In this document: positions 1 to 8,594 of the stretch, in pieces | Layout: each line of letters begins with the position of its first letter | Numbering within the stretch: position 1 is the stretch's first letter | IMG/VR virus record: IMGVR_UViG_3300043434_000674 | Origin: an uncultured virus (IMG/VR IMGVR_UViG_3300043434_000674) | Taxonomy: Duplodnaviria > Heunggongvirae > Uroviricota > Caudoviricetes | DNA length: 20,000 nucleotides | Strand: one strand, 5' to 3' | Notes under the pieces: model-generated | What the model was told of the DNA's origin: nothing | Databases searched by the model: none | What the model saw: the letters and a program-made list of their open reading frames with translations, nothing else | Program-made: the position numbers and the translations under genes

Positions 1-2
1 TC

Positions 3-557
3 TTAAACATTTCCGCAACAGATGAAGTATATCAAATGTGGCCAGATTTAAAAGATGCTAGAATTGGATTAGGTGTAACTAATATGGTAATTGAGTATTT
101 AGAATATACTAACAGATTTCAATTCGTAGAAGAAAAATCTGAAATTAAAAACAGAATGAAAGACCAATGGAAAGCATCTAAGAAAGGTGTATCCGAAAAT
201 GAGGTTTATGGGTTTGGTAAAATCAAATTAGCAAATTATTTTGTCACAATTGAAATTTATGATTTTTCAGTATCAGAGGATGAAGTTCTTTCTTTAAAGG
301 AAGGTTCTAAACAAACTCAAACAACTCGTTTAGGTCTTCAGGTTCGTTTCACTAATGCAATTGATGGAACTTATTTCGTAGGTTCTGGATTAGGTGAAGC
401 AAATACAGTCAAAACTCAAGAAGGATTATTGGGGTTAGATGTTGAAGAAATTAAATTTAGACAATCTGCAATCGGAGTAACTACTCGTAAAGCATTAGAA
501 ACTGCATCTGCACGCATTGTAAGTAGATTAATTAAAAAAGGTGTATTTCCTAACTAA
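3..557 (+). CDS. CsgG/HfaB-like (curli secretion channel-like) protein, 5'-truncated
   Basis: Frame is open to the window edge (LNISATDEVYQ precedes the ATG at 36). The pattern G(L)GVTNM..EYL..TNRFQFVE...A(N)YFVTIEIYDF...RLGLQVRFTNA.DG resembles the CsgG/TolB-N-like family. Confidence 0.6.
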   Translation, partial: LNISATDEVYQMWPDLKDARIGLGVTNMVIEYLEYTNRFQFVEEKSEIKNRMKDQWKASKKGVSENEVYGFGKIKLANYFVTIEIYDFSVSEDEVLSLKEGSKQTQTTRLGLQVRFTNAIDGTYFVGSGLGEANTVKTQEGLLGLDVEEIKFRQSAIGVTTRKALETASARIVSRLIKKGVFPN

Positions 558-559
558 AT

Positions 560-1993
560 GTGATAAAAAAATTATTATTCATATTACTACTAACCTTCAT
601 AGGTTTGAGTGGATACGGTCAAACTACGTTCACTCAAACCTTTGTTGATAGATGCACGGGTGATGTAAAGGTAGTTACGGCAACATTTGTAAATGGTAGA
701 GCAACCGTTGCATTTTATAATCGAATTAGAGTATTTACTCAACAAGAAGTTACAAACGGAACACTTCAAATGTGGTTAACCGAAACTTATAATTGGTGGT
801 ATGCACTTTCACCATGTTCGGTTGCAACTCAACAAGCACAACAAGCCCAACAAACTGCACAACAAGCACAACAAGCAGCTCAAACCGCATCTCAAGCAGC
901 ATCACAGGCTGCAAGTGCTGCATCTCAAGCAGCATCTGCAACTTCAAACATTCCATCAGTTCCGGTAGTTAATACACCACCACCTCCACCACCTGCAAGT
1001 AATAGTTCTTCACCACCTCCTGCACAAAGTGGGGGTAGTTCATCATCTTCATCAAGTAGTAGTTCTTCTTCATCTTCGTCACAAAGTGAGGGTAATTCTT
1101 CTTCATCTTCGTCACAAAGTGAGGGTAGTTCATCTTCAAAATCGGAAACGAAGAGTGAAACTAAATCCGAATCTAAATCAGAAAGTAAATCTGAAAGTAA
1201 GAGTGAGGAAAAGAAAGAAGAATCTAAATCGGAAACTAAAGAAGAAAAAAAGGAAGAGAAAAAAGAGGAAACTAAGGAAGAGAAAAAGAAAGAAGACGAT
1301 AAGAAAAAAGAAGATAAGAAAAAAGAAAAACAACAAAAACGTGCATCTGCACCACCAATGATGGTAAGTGGTGATATGATTGGTATGCAAAGTTTAACAG
1401 GTGGAATCGATGCAGTTCTTTCCGTTGGGGTATCTAAATCATCAATATTTGGTGATAGAAGTTATAACGCAGGAACAATGATTTGGTCTAACCTAAGACA
1501 ATTCAGTTTATCCGCATCAACTGCTAAAATTTATATGACATCTGATTATAAAGTAAGTGGGATTGAATCTATTTCAGCATCATACTCAAACAATTTCGGC
1601 ACAAATGCAACATCGATATCAATGAGTTGGATAGAACCAATGAGTGGTAGAAAAGGAACATTTGGTATTGGATTCAATGGTTCTGCAGTATGGGGTGAAA
1701 TGTTGGATTATGGAACATATACAATTGGTTGGAATGCATTATACACAAACTCATTTAAAGTAGGAAAGAACATAACATATTCTCCAGCTTTTATCGTAAC
1801 CAACACACCCGTTAACGCAGTAAATCAAATGCAAGAATTTAATGGAGATGTTATGTTTATATCATCAAACGGGTTTACTATACAATTAACCAAACGTTTT
1901 ATAGTAAATTTCAATTGGACGGGTATAAAATCCACAAATGAAATGTTACCATTGATAAATTCATTTATTATTGGATCAAAAATTAATTTATAA
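560..1993 (+). CDS. Secreted/outer-membrane-like protein: signal peptide, small N-domain, long low-complexity linker, C-terminal beta-rich (barrel-like) domain
   Basis: GTG start. Sec-type signal MIKKLLFILLLTFIGLSGYG|Q; Q/A-, P-, S- and E/K-rich tracts (aa ~90-262); C-terminal ~210 aa of amphipathic strands ending FIIGSKINL. Confidence 0.65.
   Translation: MIKKLLFILLLTFIGLSGYGQTTFTQTFVDRCTGDVKVVTATFVNGRATVAFYNRIRVFTQQEVTNGTLQMWLTETYNWWYALSPCSVATQQAQQAQQTAQQAQQAAQTASQAASQAASAASQAASATSNIPSVPVVNTPPPPPPASNSSSPPPAQSGGSSSSSSSSSSSSSSSQSEGNSSSSSSQSEGSSSSKSETKSETKSESKSESKSESKSEEKKEESKSETKEEKKEEKKEETKEEKKKEDDKKKEDKKKEKQQKRASAPPMMVSGDMIGMQSLTGGIDAVLSVGVSKSSIFGDRSYNAGTMIWSNLRQFSLSASTAKIYMTSDYKVSGIESISASYSNNFGTNATSISMSWIEPMSGRKGTFGIGFNGSAVWGEMLDYGTYTIGWNALYTNSFKVGKNITYSPAFIVTNTPVNAVNQMQEFNGDVMFISSNGFTIQLTKRFIVNFNWTGIKSTNEMLPLINSFIIGSKINL
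1063..1127 (+). repeat. Tandem direct repeat, 33-nt period, in the Ser-rich linker
   Basis: ttcttcttcatcttcgtcacaaagtgagggta is identical at 1063-1094 and 1096-1127 (SSSSSSQSEG x2). Confidence 0.9.
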
Positions 1994-2024
1994 TATACTT
2001 AAATAAAAGATAGTTACGTTTATA

Positions 2025-2831
2025 ATGAAAAAAGCAATATTTTTAGGAGCATCAAATACACATGGGGTTGGGTTACATTGGTTTAGAGATGTATATGAAT
2101 TTGAAGAAAATATAGATTTCCGATTTCCATTCGACCCTAGCATCGAAGATACCATATTCATAGAAGAAAATCGATTTTCAAAACAACTTTCAAAATATTT
2201 AAATGTTGAAGAAATAAATCTCTCTAGAGCAGGTGGTTCTCCTGCAGAAGCGTTATATTTACTTTCACAAGAAGATTTATCTGATGTTGAATACATAGTA
2301 TTTGAATTATCTGGCATTTACAACTACTTTGATAGATTTTTTCATGCTAATTCTACTGCATCAGAAAAAATACCAAGAACACCATCTGAAATTGAATCAT
2401 TTTTAACTAATAATAAAAATGATAATACCGAAATAAAAAACAAAATTATCGAATGGATTATAAACTATAATCCGCGTGAATTTATGAATGCAGTTTTTAT
2501 AAAACTCAACGATTTTATAAATGCAAATTCACATATAAAATTTTCAATACTAATTTGGAGAGATGTTTTAGATTTTACCAATATAAATTTACAATTTTTA
2601 GAAAAACATATTGTAAAATTTCCTCTACTAAACGATGAAACTAATATTTTAGTTGAAAAATATTTAATTGAAAATAAAAACATAATTCATGATGAATTTA
2701 AGTGGATTGATAAATTTCCATTACCACCAACTATGAAAGAATTACACCCATCGTTAAATGGCCATAATAAAATATTTGAAATACTAAAAAGTTACATAGA
2801 TGAAAGAAACACTCTTAATAATTGGAGATAG
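2025..2831 (+). CDS. SGNH/GDSL-like hydrolase-fold protein
   Basis: Block I FLGASNTHG, block II NLSRAGGS, C-terminal ELHPSLNGHNKI. Confidence 0.7.
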   Translation: MKKAIFLGASNTHGVGLHWFRDVYEFEENIDFRFPFDPSIEDTIFIEENRFSKQLSKYLNVEEINLSRAGGSPAEALYLLSQEDLSDVEYIVFELSGIYNYFDRFFHANSTASEKIPRTPSEIESFLTNNKNDNTEIKNKIIEWIINYNPREFMNAVFIKLNDFINANSHIKFSILIWRDVLDFTNINLQFLEKHIVKFPLLNDETNILVEKYLIENKNIIHDEFKWIDKFPLPPTMKELHPSLNGHNKIFEILKSYIDERNTLNNWR

Positions 2832-3369
2832 TTTTGCTGCTGATTGGAGTAGTAAATCAAACTCGTTGGGTTGGGTAAATAAATTAGAATTTGATTACGA
2901 TGTAACTAATTTAGCACAAGCAGGAGTTAGTGAATATAAATTGTATTTACAATTACAATCGGTGAATCCCAAAAACTATGACCATATAATTGTATCACAT
3001 ACATCAGCATACAGAATACCAATCGAAGAACATCCTATTCATAAGGGTGATTCACTTCATAATGATTGTGATATTATCTTTTCAGATGTCAAAGAACATT
3101 TAGAAAATCCAATAATGAAAACTGCATATGATTTTTATTCTGAAATATTTTACGCAGATTATTTTGTATTTATTAATGATTTGATTTTTGATAAGATATA
3201 CAAAGAAATCCCATCAGCAACACATATAACCTTCTTTGATTCATTTTATTCAGATAAAGTAATCAAATTCGAAGAAATATTTTTAAAACATCGAGGCTAT
3301 ACCAATCATTTAACTGATAAAGGTAATGAATATATCTACGATAATATTAAAAAATTGTTAGGTAAATAA
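2800..3369 (+). CDS. SGNH/GDSL-like hydrolase-fold protein
   Basis: IIGDSFA, NLAQAGVS and C-terminal TNHLTDKGN motifs. Overlaps the upstream gene by 32 nt. Confidence 0.7.
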   Translation: MKETLLIIGDSFAADWSSKSNSLGWVNKLEFDYDVTNLAQAGVSEYKLYLQLQSVNPKNYDHIIVSHTSAYRIPIEEHPIHKGDSLHNDCDIIFSDVKEHLENPIMKTAYDFYSEIFYADYFVFINDLIFDKIYKEIPSATHITFFDSFYSDKVIKFEEIFLKHRGYTNHLTDKGNEYIYDNIKKLLGK

Positions 3370-3390
3370 ACCTATAAATAAACATTTCTA

Positions 3391-3398
3391 TATTTATA
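3391..3398 (+). promoter_or_regulatory. Putative phage late-promoter motif TATTTATA
   Basis: Intergenic, 35 nt before the ATG at 3434. The motif recurs before several other genes. Confidence 0.5.
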
Positions 3399-3433
3399 TA
3401 AGTTAAAATATAGAGAATACAAAGGAACAAATT

Positions 3434-4684
3434 ATGAAGTTATCACAAGTAAAATCGGCAATAAAAGAAACAATTAGAGAAAAATTTAAACAATCTCTAA
3501 CAGAAGCATCATATAACTTAGGTAGTGAGCAATATACTAAGAGAAATATGACACCAGTTCAAATATTAGATTTGGCAATGGCATATGCAAAAGTACCAGG
3601 TAAAGGTAATCCTATGTATGGTAAGAAAATGCAAAAGATGATAGTTGTTGCTAATGATTTGGCTAGATTAAACGGAACTATTCAACAAGACCATAGAATT
3701 CGTACTAAAGAACCTGCACTTATATTAAGTTTGTTGAAAAATAAATTAGTTTCCAAAGAAGAATACGTTGAATTATATAACAATTTACTACAAAAACAAA
3801 TTAGTGTGATTGCTGCTTTGAAAAACGCAGACCCCGCATCAAGAATAGTGGGTGGTGCTGCAGCAAGACAAGCACACAAAGATATGAAGGGTGAGTTTGA
3901 AGAATCCGTAAACGAAGTAAAATATCCAACTGATTTAAAAATAGGTTCGGTTATTAAAGGACAAGGGTTTACTCGTTTAAAAGGAATTGATGGTGGTAAA
4001 TACTATAAGATTGTTGATATGGATGATACCACTGCAACATTGACTAGAACTGACCCATCAGGAAAAGTAAGTTCACCAACTAAAGTTAGACATAAATTAG
4101 ATTCAATCGAAGCCGGTATCAAAACTGCTAAGAGAGGTGATGAAAACGGAATCGTTGTAATCAAAGAATCAGTAAACGAATCATTAAAACATCTGATTCA
4201 CGTAGAAACTCCCAAAGAAATTTTATCAAAAGATGTTGCAAAACAAATTATGACATTAGCCAAAAAAGGTGTTCGTTCATCTGAAATTGGATTGAATATG
4301 GGATTCATTGGTAATAATACCGCAGCAGTTAATTCATTTCAAAAAGTTAAAAATCAAATATATTTTTCATTAGATAAAAGAAACGAATCAGTAAACGAAG
4401 CATTCCAAAAAGGTAAAACTTATGGTGGAACTAAATGTGAAGGTGGGTGTTTCATTGGTAAACAAGGTTTGATGAAAATAATTAAAATCTCAAAAGAAAA
4501 TCCAACGGATGTATTCATATTTAGAGATGATAATTACTCTGGACTACAACCACATTTTATTAAGAATGGTGTAATTGCAAAAGCAAACACAATAGGTAAT
4601 CCATCTTACGATTTAGAAAAGCATAAAATAAATAATTTAAAAATCGGTAATGATGTAATTCTTTCCGTAAGAATATTTGTCTAA
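3434..4684 (+). CDS. Modular putative internal head/cargo polyprotein: leader plus four modules separated by ESVNE
   Basis: Leader MKLSQVKSAIKETIRE...LTE. ESVNE occurs three times (3902, 4166, 4385), separating mutually unrelated segments. Confidence 0.55.
   Translation: MKLSQVKSAIKETIREKFKQSLTEASYNLGSEQYTKRNMTPVQILDLAMAYAKVPGKGNPMYGKKMQKMIVVANDLARLNGTIQQDHRIRTKEPALILSLLKNKLVSKEEYVELYNNLLQKQISVIAALKNADPASRIVGGAAARQAHKDMKGEFEESVNEVKYPTDLKIGSVIKGQGFTRLKGIDGGKYYKIVDMDDTTATLTRTDPSGKVSSPTKVRHKLDSIEAGIKTAKRGDENGIVVIKESVNESLKHLIHVETPKEILSKDVAKQIMTLAKKGVRSSEIGLNMGFIGNNTAAVNSFQKVKNQIYFSLDKRNESVNEAFQKGKTYGGTKCEGGCFIGKQGLMKIIKISKENPTDVFIFRDDNYSGLQPHFIKNGVIAKANTIGNPSYDLEKHKINNLKIGNDVILSVRIFV
3902..3916 (+). 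repeat. ESVNE linker repeat copy (gaatccgtaaacgaa)
   Basis: 14/15 identical to the copies at 4166 and 4385. Confidence 0.85.
4166..4180 (+). repeat. ESVNE linker repeat copy (gaatcagtaaacgaa)
   Basis: Identical to 4385-4399. Confidence 0.85.
4385..4399 (+). repeat. ESVNE linker repeat copy (gaatcagtaaacgaa)
   Basis: Identical to 4166-4180. The extended 4379-4402 matches 6397-6420 at 21/24. Confidence 0.85.
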
Positions 4685-4699
4685 TTAAGTAATATTAAA

Positions 4700-4999
4700 A
4701 TGATAAGTTTAAGAAATATAATGAGTAAAAATAAGTGGGAAGGTAAGAATATCGAATTAGGTAAAGTATATTCGAATCCATACCATACCGCATTTAAACC
4801 ATTGAAAGAAGAGGAAGACCATGAAGTATTTATGGGACACTCTCTTTTAGATGATATTATAAAAAACGCAACAGAGTTAAAAGAAAAAATAGGAGAAACG
4901 GAAACAGATATCCCCGCATGGATACAAGACCATATATCCCAGTCACAAAATTTTATTAACCAAGCCAATACAGGTTACTATGATAATAACTCCAAATAA
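4700..4999 (+). CDS. Hypothetical phage protein with leader (putative head-associated)
   Basis: Leader-like MISLRNIM...PLKE, then a helical module DHEV.M....L..II.NA.EL...I......PAWIQ.HI that I recall from large-myovirus hypotheticals. Confidence 0.55.
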   Translation: MISLRNIMSKNKWEGKNIELGKVYSNPYHTAFKPLKEEEDHEVFMGHSLLDDIIKNATELKEKIGETETDIPAWIQDHISQSQNFINQANTGYYDNNSK

Positions 5000-5010
5000 G
5001 TGGGTTAGAT

Positions 5011-5634
5011 ATGGAATTAAAATATATGGAAACAATCACAACAGTCGTAATAGCATTAATTACCGCAGTAGTAGGTCCGGCAACATTAGAGTGGGTTCGC
5101 GTTAAACTTAAAAAAGATGTAATGCCAGACCCGATTCGTAATGAGTTAGAATCTGCTAAAATTATAGATGAAGATATTGAAGATATTAGAGAATATCTCA
5201 ATGCAGATAGAATTTGGGTATCAATGTTTCACAATGGTGGACATTTCTTACATTCAAACAAATCTATCCAAAAATTTTCAATAATGTATGAATCTACCAA
5301 AAATGGTGTTTCAAAAATAGCCCCAACATTTACCAATATACCCGTATCACTTTTCCTAAAATCAAATGAGGAAATTTTAAATTCCGGTCATATATTCATA
5401 TCTAATTTTGAAGACCCAACTCAAGCAACATTTGGATTGAAAGAAGCAGCAGTTGCAAGTGGTGCTAAAGCAACATACGCAGTTGGTTTATTCGATATTA
5501 AAACTGAAATTTGCATTGGAACATTGGGGATTGATTATCTAACATCAAAGAAACTAACAATAGAACAAAAATCATTTTTGATCGAACGTTGTAATCGTTT
5601 ATCAGGATACATCTCAATATTCTTAAAAAGTTAA
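5011..5634 (+). CDS. N-terminal TM + GAF-like domain protein; putative holin (T4 T-like architecture)
   Basis: Single hydrophobic helix (TTVVIALITAVVGPA), then LNADRIWVSMFHNGG..FSIMYE...IGTLGIDY, a GAF-like pattern. Alternative start at 5026. Confidence 0.5.
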   Translation: MELKYMETITTVVIALITAVVGPATLEWVRVKLKKDVMPDPIRNELESAKIIDEDIEDIREYLNADRIWVSMFHNGGHFLHSNKSIQKFSIMYESTKNGVSKIAPTFTNIPVSLFLKSNEEILNSGHIFISNFEDPTQATFGLKEAAVASGAKATYAVGLFDIKTEICIGTLGIDYLTSKKLTIEQKSFLIERCNRLSGYISIFLKS

Positions 5635-5652
5635 AAAAACAATATAATATAT

Positions 5653-5679
5653 AACCCATTGATTTTCAATGGGTTTTTT
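5653..5679 (+). terminator. Rho-independent terminator
   Basis: Stem aacccattga/tcaatgggtt (5653-5662/5666-5675) running into a T-tract, 18 nt after the stop at 5634. Confidence 0.85.
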
Positions 5680-5705
5680 ATTGCCCAAAAATAAGTGGTA
5701 AAATA

Positions 5706-5737
5706 TTTGGAAAATCCATAAAATAGTTGTATATTAG
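5706..5737 (+). promoter_or_regulatory. Bacteroidota-type sigma promoter (TTTG-N20-TATATTAG)
   Basis: One mismatch to the -33 TTTG / -7 TAnnTTTG consensus. Lies just after the terminator. Confidence 0.7.
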
Positions 5738-5747
5738 CTCTATAAGA

Positions 5748-6119
5748 ATGAGAGATATGACCCAAAAAGAAATACAAAAATTAGTGTTTGAAGTCTATGA
5801 AAAAATTACCAAACATTATGGTGAATCCAATCATCAACACTCAATTCCATATGTAGTATTTGAAGATTCACCTTATGATGATGCGGATGATCCTGATTTA
5901 ATCGGTGAGTATTGTTCAATGATGAATGAAATTGTGGTGTATTGGAAGAATATACCATCTCCAGAGGTTTTAATCAGAACAATGGTTCACGAATACCAAC
6001 ACTACTTACAATCTCCCTCTTGGATGACTAGATATTATAAAATGGGATATGGATATAATAACCATCCATATGAGATTCAGGCATATAATGAAGAAGAAAA
6101 TTGGGTAAAGTTTGTTTAA
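5748..6119 (+). CDS. Small zincin-type metallopeptidase-like protein (HExxH)
   Basis: TMVHEYQHYLQ plus downstream NHPYEIQAY with a third-ligand Glu. The TTG at 5727 lies inside the promoter, so the start is more likely ATG 5748 or 5757. Confidence 0.7.
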   Translation: MRDMTQKEIQKLVFEVYEKITKHYGESNHQHSIPYVVFEDSPYDDADDPDLIGEYCSMMNEIVVYWKNIPSPEVLIRTMVHEYQHYLQSPSWMTRYYKMGYGYNNHPYEIQAYNEEENWVKFV

Positions 6120-6123
6120 TTTA

Positions 6124-6131
6124 TATTTATA
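6124..6131 (+). promoter_or_regulatory. Putative phage late-promoter motif TATTTATA
   Basis: 19 nt upstream of the ATG at 6151, heading a run of leader-bearing genes. Confidence 0.5.
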
Positions 6132-6150
6132 GTATAATAAAGGAATTAAT

Positions 6151-6711
6151 ATGAAATTACAAGATATTTTAAACGAAGTGAGTTTAACTCCAAAGGCAGC
6201 TAAGTTTTTAGATGCTATCCAAATTCACGATAGAGGTATTAAAGATTTAAAAAATATCACTGTCGATGCATCTCCACAAGGAAACTGGTCTGTCTATTAC
6301 AAAGGTAAAAGATTAGGGACAGTAAATTCTCGTTTATTGGACGATGATACAATTCGAAAATATGGGTTAGAACATTACGAACATTCTTATTTTGGAAGAA
6401 ATGAATCAGTAAATGAGGCAACTCAAAAAATCGTAAAAGATGCTGATGCTAAAAGAGATTTTATGAAACATTTAGAAAAGAATAACAAATCTATTCAAAA
6501 AATGGCAGATTTTCATAAAGTATCTACGGAAAGAATTGTCAAAGGTTTAGAAAAATTCATTAGAATACTACACTACGAATTACCAAATGGTAAACCATCG
6601 GTATTATCGATTAGTATAAAAATGAAAGAACCAAAAAGTAAAGTTAGTATTTATGATGGATTTGCTTATACTGAAAGTGGTGAACAGCTTCCATATAACG
6701 GACCATTTTAA
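6151..6711 (+). CDS. Putative internal head/cargo protein, two modules
   Basis: Leader MKLQDILNE; internal RNESVNEA linker (6397-6420). Confidence 0.55.
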   Translation: MKLQDILNEVSLTPKAAKFLDAIQIHDRGIKDLKNITVDASPQGNWSVYYKGKRLGTVNSRLLDDDTIRKYGLEHYEHSYFGRNESVNEATQKIVKDADAKRDFMKHLEKNNKSIQKMADFHKVSTERIVKGLEKFIRILHYELPNGKPSVLSISIKMKEPKSKVSIYDGFAYTESGEQLPYNGPF

Positions 6712-6726
6712 TAAAAATTAAATATC

Positions 6727-7053
6727 ATGATAACATTAAAGTCAATTATTGCTAACGCAAAAATAACACCAAGTATTAACGAGGTCAACGATACCTATTT
6801 TAACTCATTTACCGATGCAGTTTCTTACGCTAGAAAAGCAGCAGAAAAAAGAGGATTTGAAATCAACGAAGATGATTGGCAAACTCAAATTGCATTAGGT
6901 GGTAAGTATTCTCGTTCAAGACCAAGTGCTGGTAAAACTAATACATTTAGTGTTGGGGTATTAAAAGGTGGGAAACCACAAAGAAAAAACCTTAACATTT
7001 CAGTATATGGAATGGAGAGTGGTAAATTTGAATTAACTTATTATATTAACTAA
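6727..7053 (+). CDS. Hypothetical phage protein with leader
   Basis: Leader MITLKSII...SINE. The C-terminal L.I.VYGM..GK.EL..Y pattern is one I recall from T4-like phage hypotheticals. Confidence 0.55.
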   Translation: MITLKSIIANAKITPSINEVNDTYFNSFTDAVSYARKAAEKRGFEINEDDWQTQIALGGKYSRSRPSAGKTNTFSVGVLKGGKPQRKNLNISVYGMESGKFELTYYIN

Positions 7054-7054
7054 T

Positions 7055-7402
7055 ATGAAATTAAAAGATATATTAAAAGAAAGTAATGGGTTTGAGTTTC
7101 CACATTGGTCAGGAAATGTAAAATTTACACCGATACCAAAAAATGGTAAAATTATTTTATTACCATCATCAATGAAAGATGTGGATGGAATTGATTCAAT
7201 AAAACAAAAATTAAGTGGAAATCTTGCTCAATATACCTTAGCTAAAAGAGGAATGGGTAAAGGTGGCGATGCTGATTTTTTGGAATTATTAAAACAACAA
7301 TTAGAAAAAAAATTAAAATTAAAAGTCATCTTTGATAAGACATATAGTGGAGCAGGTTATGCTTTTGAGATTAATATGGATGATTTATTAAAGAGATTAT
7401 AA
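7055..7402 (+). CDS. Hypothetical phage protein with leader
   Basis: Leader MKLKDILKE; tightly packed, with a TAATG overlap to the next gene. Confidence 0.55.
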   Translation: MKLKDILKESNGFEFPHWSGNVKFTPIPKNGKIILLPSSMKDVDGIDSIKQKLSGNLAQYTLAKRGMGKGGDADFLELLKQQLEKKLKLKVIFDKTYSGAGYAFEINMDDLLKRL

Positions 7403-7761
7403 TGATTAAATTGGTTGATATATTACAAGAAATAAGTCCTACCTACAATTGTGGTGAGGTGGGGTGGAACTGGCCATTTGCAGATGAAGAAACTATTGCT
7501 AAGGGTTGGGAAAAAAGTAGATTATATCACATATTCAATGATTCATTAAAAGATTGGGAAGAAATTACATTTCACAAAATGGGAACTATTATGCATCAAC
7601 ATGATATTGACCACAACAATGCAGAATTGGCAGGTAAACCACAATCACATGATTCGATACATCATGGTGGATACGAATTTGTTAAAAATCTATATGATAA
7701 AAAAGAAGTAGACCAATATATCGATACAACACCCCATCCAGATCCTGAAAGGAAATATTAA
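7402..7761 (+). CDS. Hypothetical His-rich phage protein with leader
   Basis: Leader MIKLVDILQE; His cluster (HQHDIDH...HDSIHH). Confidence 0.55.
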   Translation: MIKLVDILQEISPTYNCGEVGWNWPFADEETIAKGWEKSRLYHIFNDSLKDWEEITFHKMGTIMHQHDIDHNNAELAGKPQSHDSIHHGGYEFVKNLYDKKEVDQYIDTTPHPDPERKY

Positions 7762-7766
7762 TTAAA

Positions 7767-8534
7767 ATGGAAGTAAGAGGATACGTTCACCCATATAAGA
7801 ATTTTGCAACTATTGCGGAGTGGGAGAGTATTGCCAAACAATTCATTGCATTAGAACAACAAGGATTTGATACAAGAGGTGGAATGATTGATAATAATCC
7901 CCAATTAGTTTCATTAGTAAATCAATGGTTTGGATTTCAATTGTATGTAGAAACTCAGCGATACCCACAACTTAAACAAAAAATGGTTTTAGATTTCATT
8001 GAAGATTTTGTAAATCATAGAGTTTGGGGATTAAAAGATGAATTTAAAGATTATATCGTTAATATAAACAATGATAAGTTTGCATTCTTTTATAGTAGGG
8101 GTGCAATTGAACCATATATCCTCCTAGATAAGAGTTTTACTGAAGATGTCTATGGAACTACCAATGAGATAGTTAAAACCCTACATTGGACAAATAAAGA
8201 GGGTTTAGCAAATATCATAGATGGTATTCAGAATAAATCACAATTTTCAATTTCAACCTTCACAACTCAGGCTAAAGAATTCTTCAGACCAGATAGTAAT
8301 ATCTTAGTAAGAATAAAAGGTAAATTAGTAGCAGCATTCAAATCTGATGTAAAATCATTGGTAGTTGATAATGGTGATAGAGCAGCAAATCTATTCCGTT
8401 TTGCATATCAAGATGAAGAATCGAACTTATGTAAAAACGTAGATGATTGCAGAGAAAATAAGACAAATCTGTGGAACGAAATTATCATAAAACCAACCGG
8501 AATAATTGATTATAAAGTGATAAAAAAGTATTAA
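7767..8534 (+). CDS. Hypothetical protein, possible ADP-ribosyltransferase-like C-terminal fold
   Basis: The ORF is solid. Motif order LHWT..GL..I / ISTFT / WNEIII resembles the three ART core strands, but the functional call is weak. Confidence 0.4.
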   Translation: MEVRGYVHPYKNFATIAEWESIAKQFIALEQQGFDTRGGMIDNNPQLVSLVNQWFGFQLYVETQRYPQLKQKMVLDFIEDFVNHRVWGLKDEFKDYIVNINNDKFAFFYSRGAIEPYILLDKSFTEDVYGTTNEIVKTLHWTNKEGLANIIDGIQNKSQFSISTFTTQAKEFFRPDSNILVRIKGKLVAAFKSDVKSLVVDNGDRAANLFRFAYQDEESNLCKNVDDCRENKTNLWNEIIIKPTGIIDYKVIKKY

Positions 8535-8539
8535 AAATA

Positions 8540-8571
8540 TTTGGTAATATCAAATATTATTACTATATTAG
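8540..8571 (+). promoter_or_regulatory. Bacteroidota-type sigma promoter (TTTG-N20-TATATTAG)
   Basis: Same architecture as 5706-5737. The inverted repeat aatatttg/caaatatt (8536-8558) overlaps the -33 box. Confidence 0.7.
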
Positions 8572-8594
8572 CTTTATAAACGTTAAGAGATAAG

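Noticed and set aside
750..1390. Alternative ORFs 750-956(-), 1029-1361(+) and 1178-1390(-)
   Set aside because: Shadow frames of the low-complexity linker in 560-1993.
3373..3398. T4-type late box TATAAATA (3373-3380) forming an inverted repeat with TATTTATA (3391-3398)
   Set aside because: It is the only intergenic sense TATAAATA I noticed, whereas TATTTATA recurs. The all-AT stem is too weak to call a terminator.
3902..4399. ESVNE DNA repeats as a CRISPR array or attC-like sites
   Set aside because: The repeats are only 15 bp, in frame, non-palindromic and 200-250 bp apart inside a CDS. No cas or integrase gene is in the window.
7742..7772. In-frame KEILIKME upstream of ATG 7767, resembling a frameshifted leader
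   Set aside because: It is preceded by an in-frame TGA (7746) with no start codon and overlaps the end of the previous gene; it could be chance.
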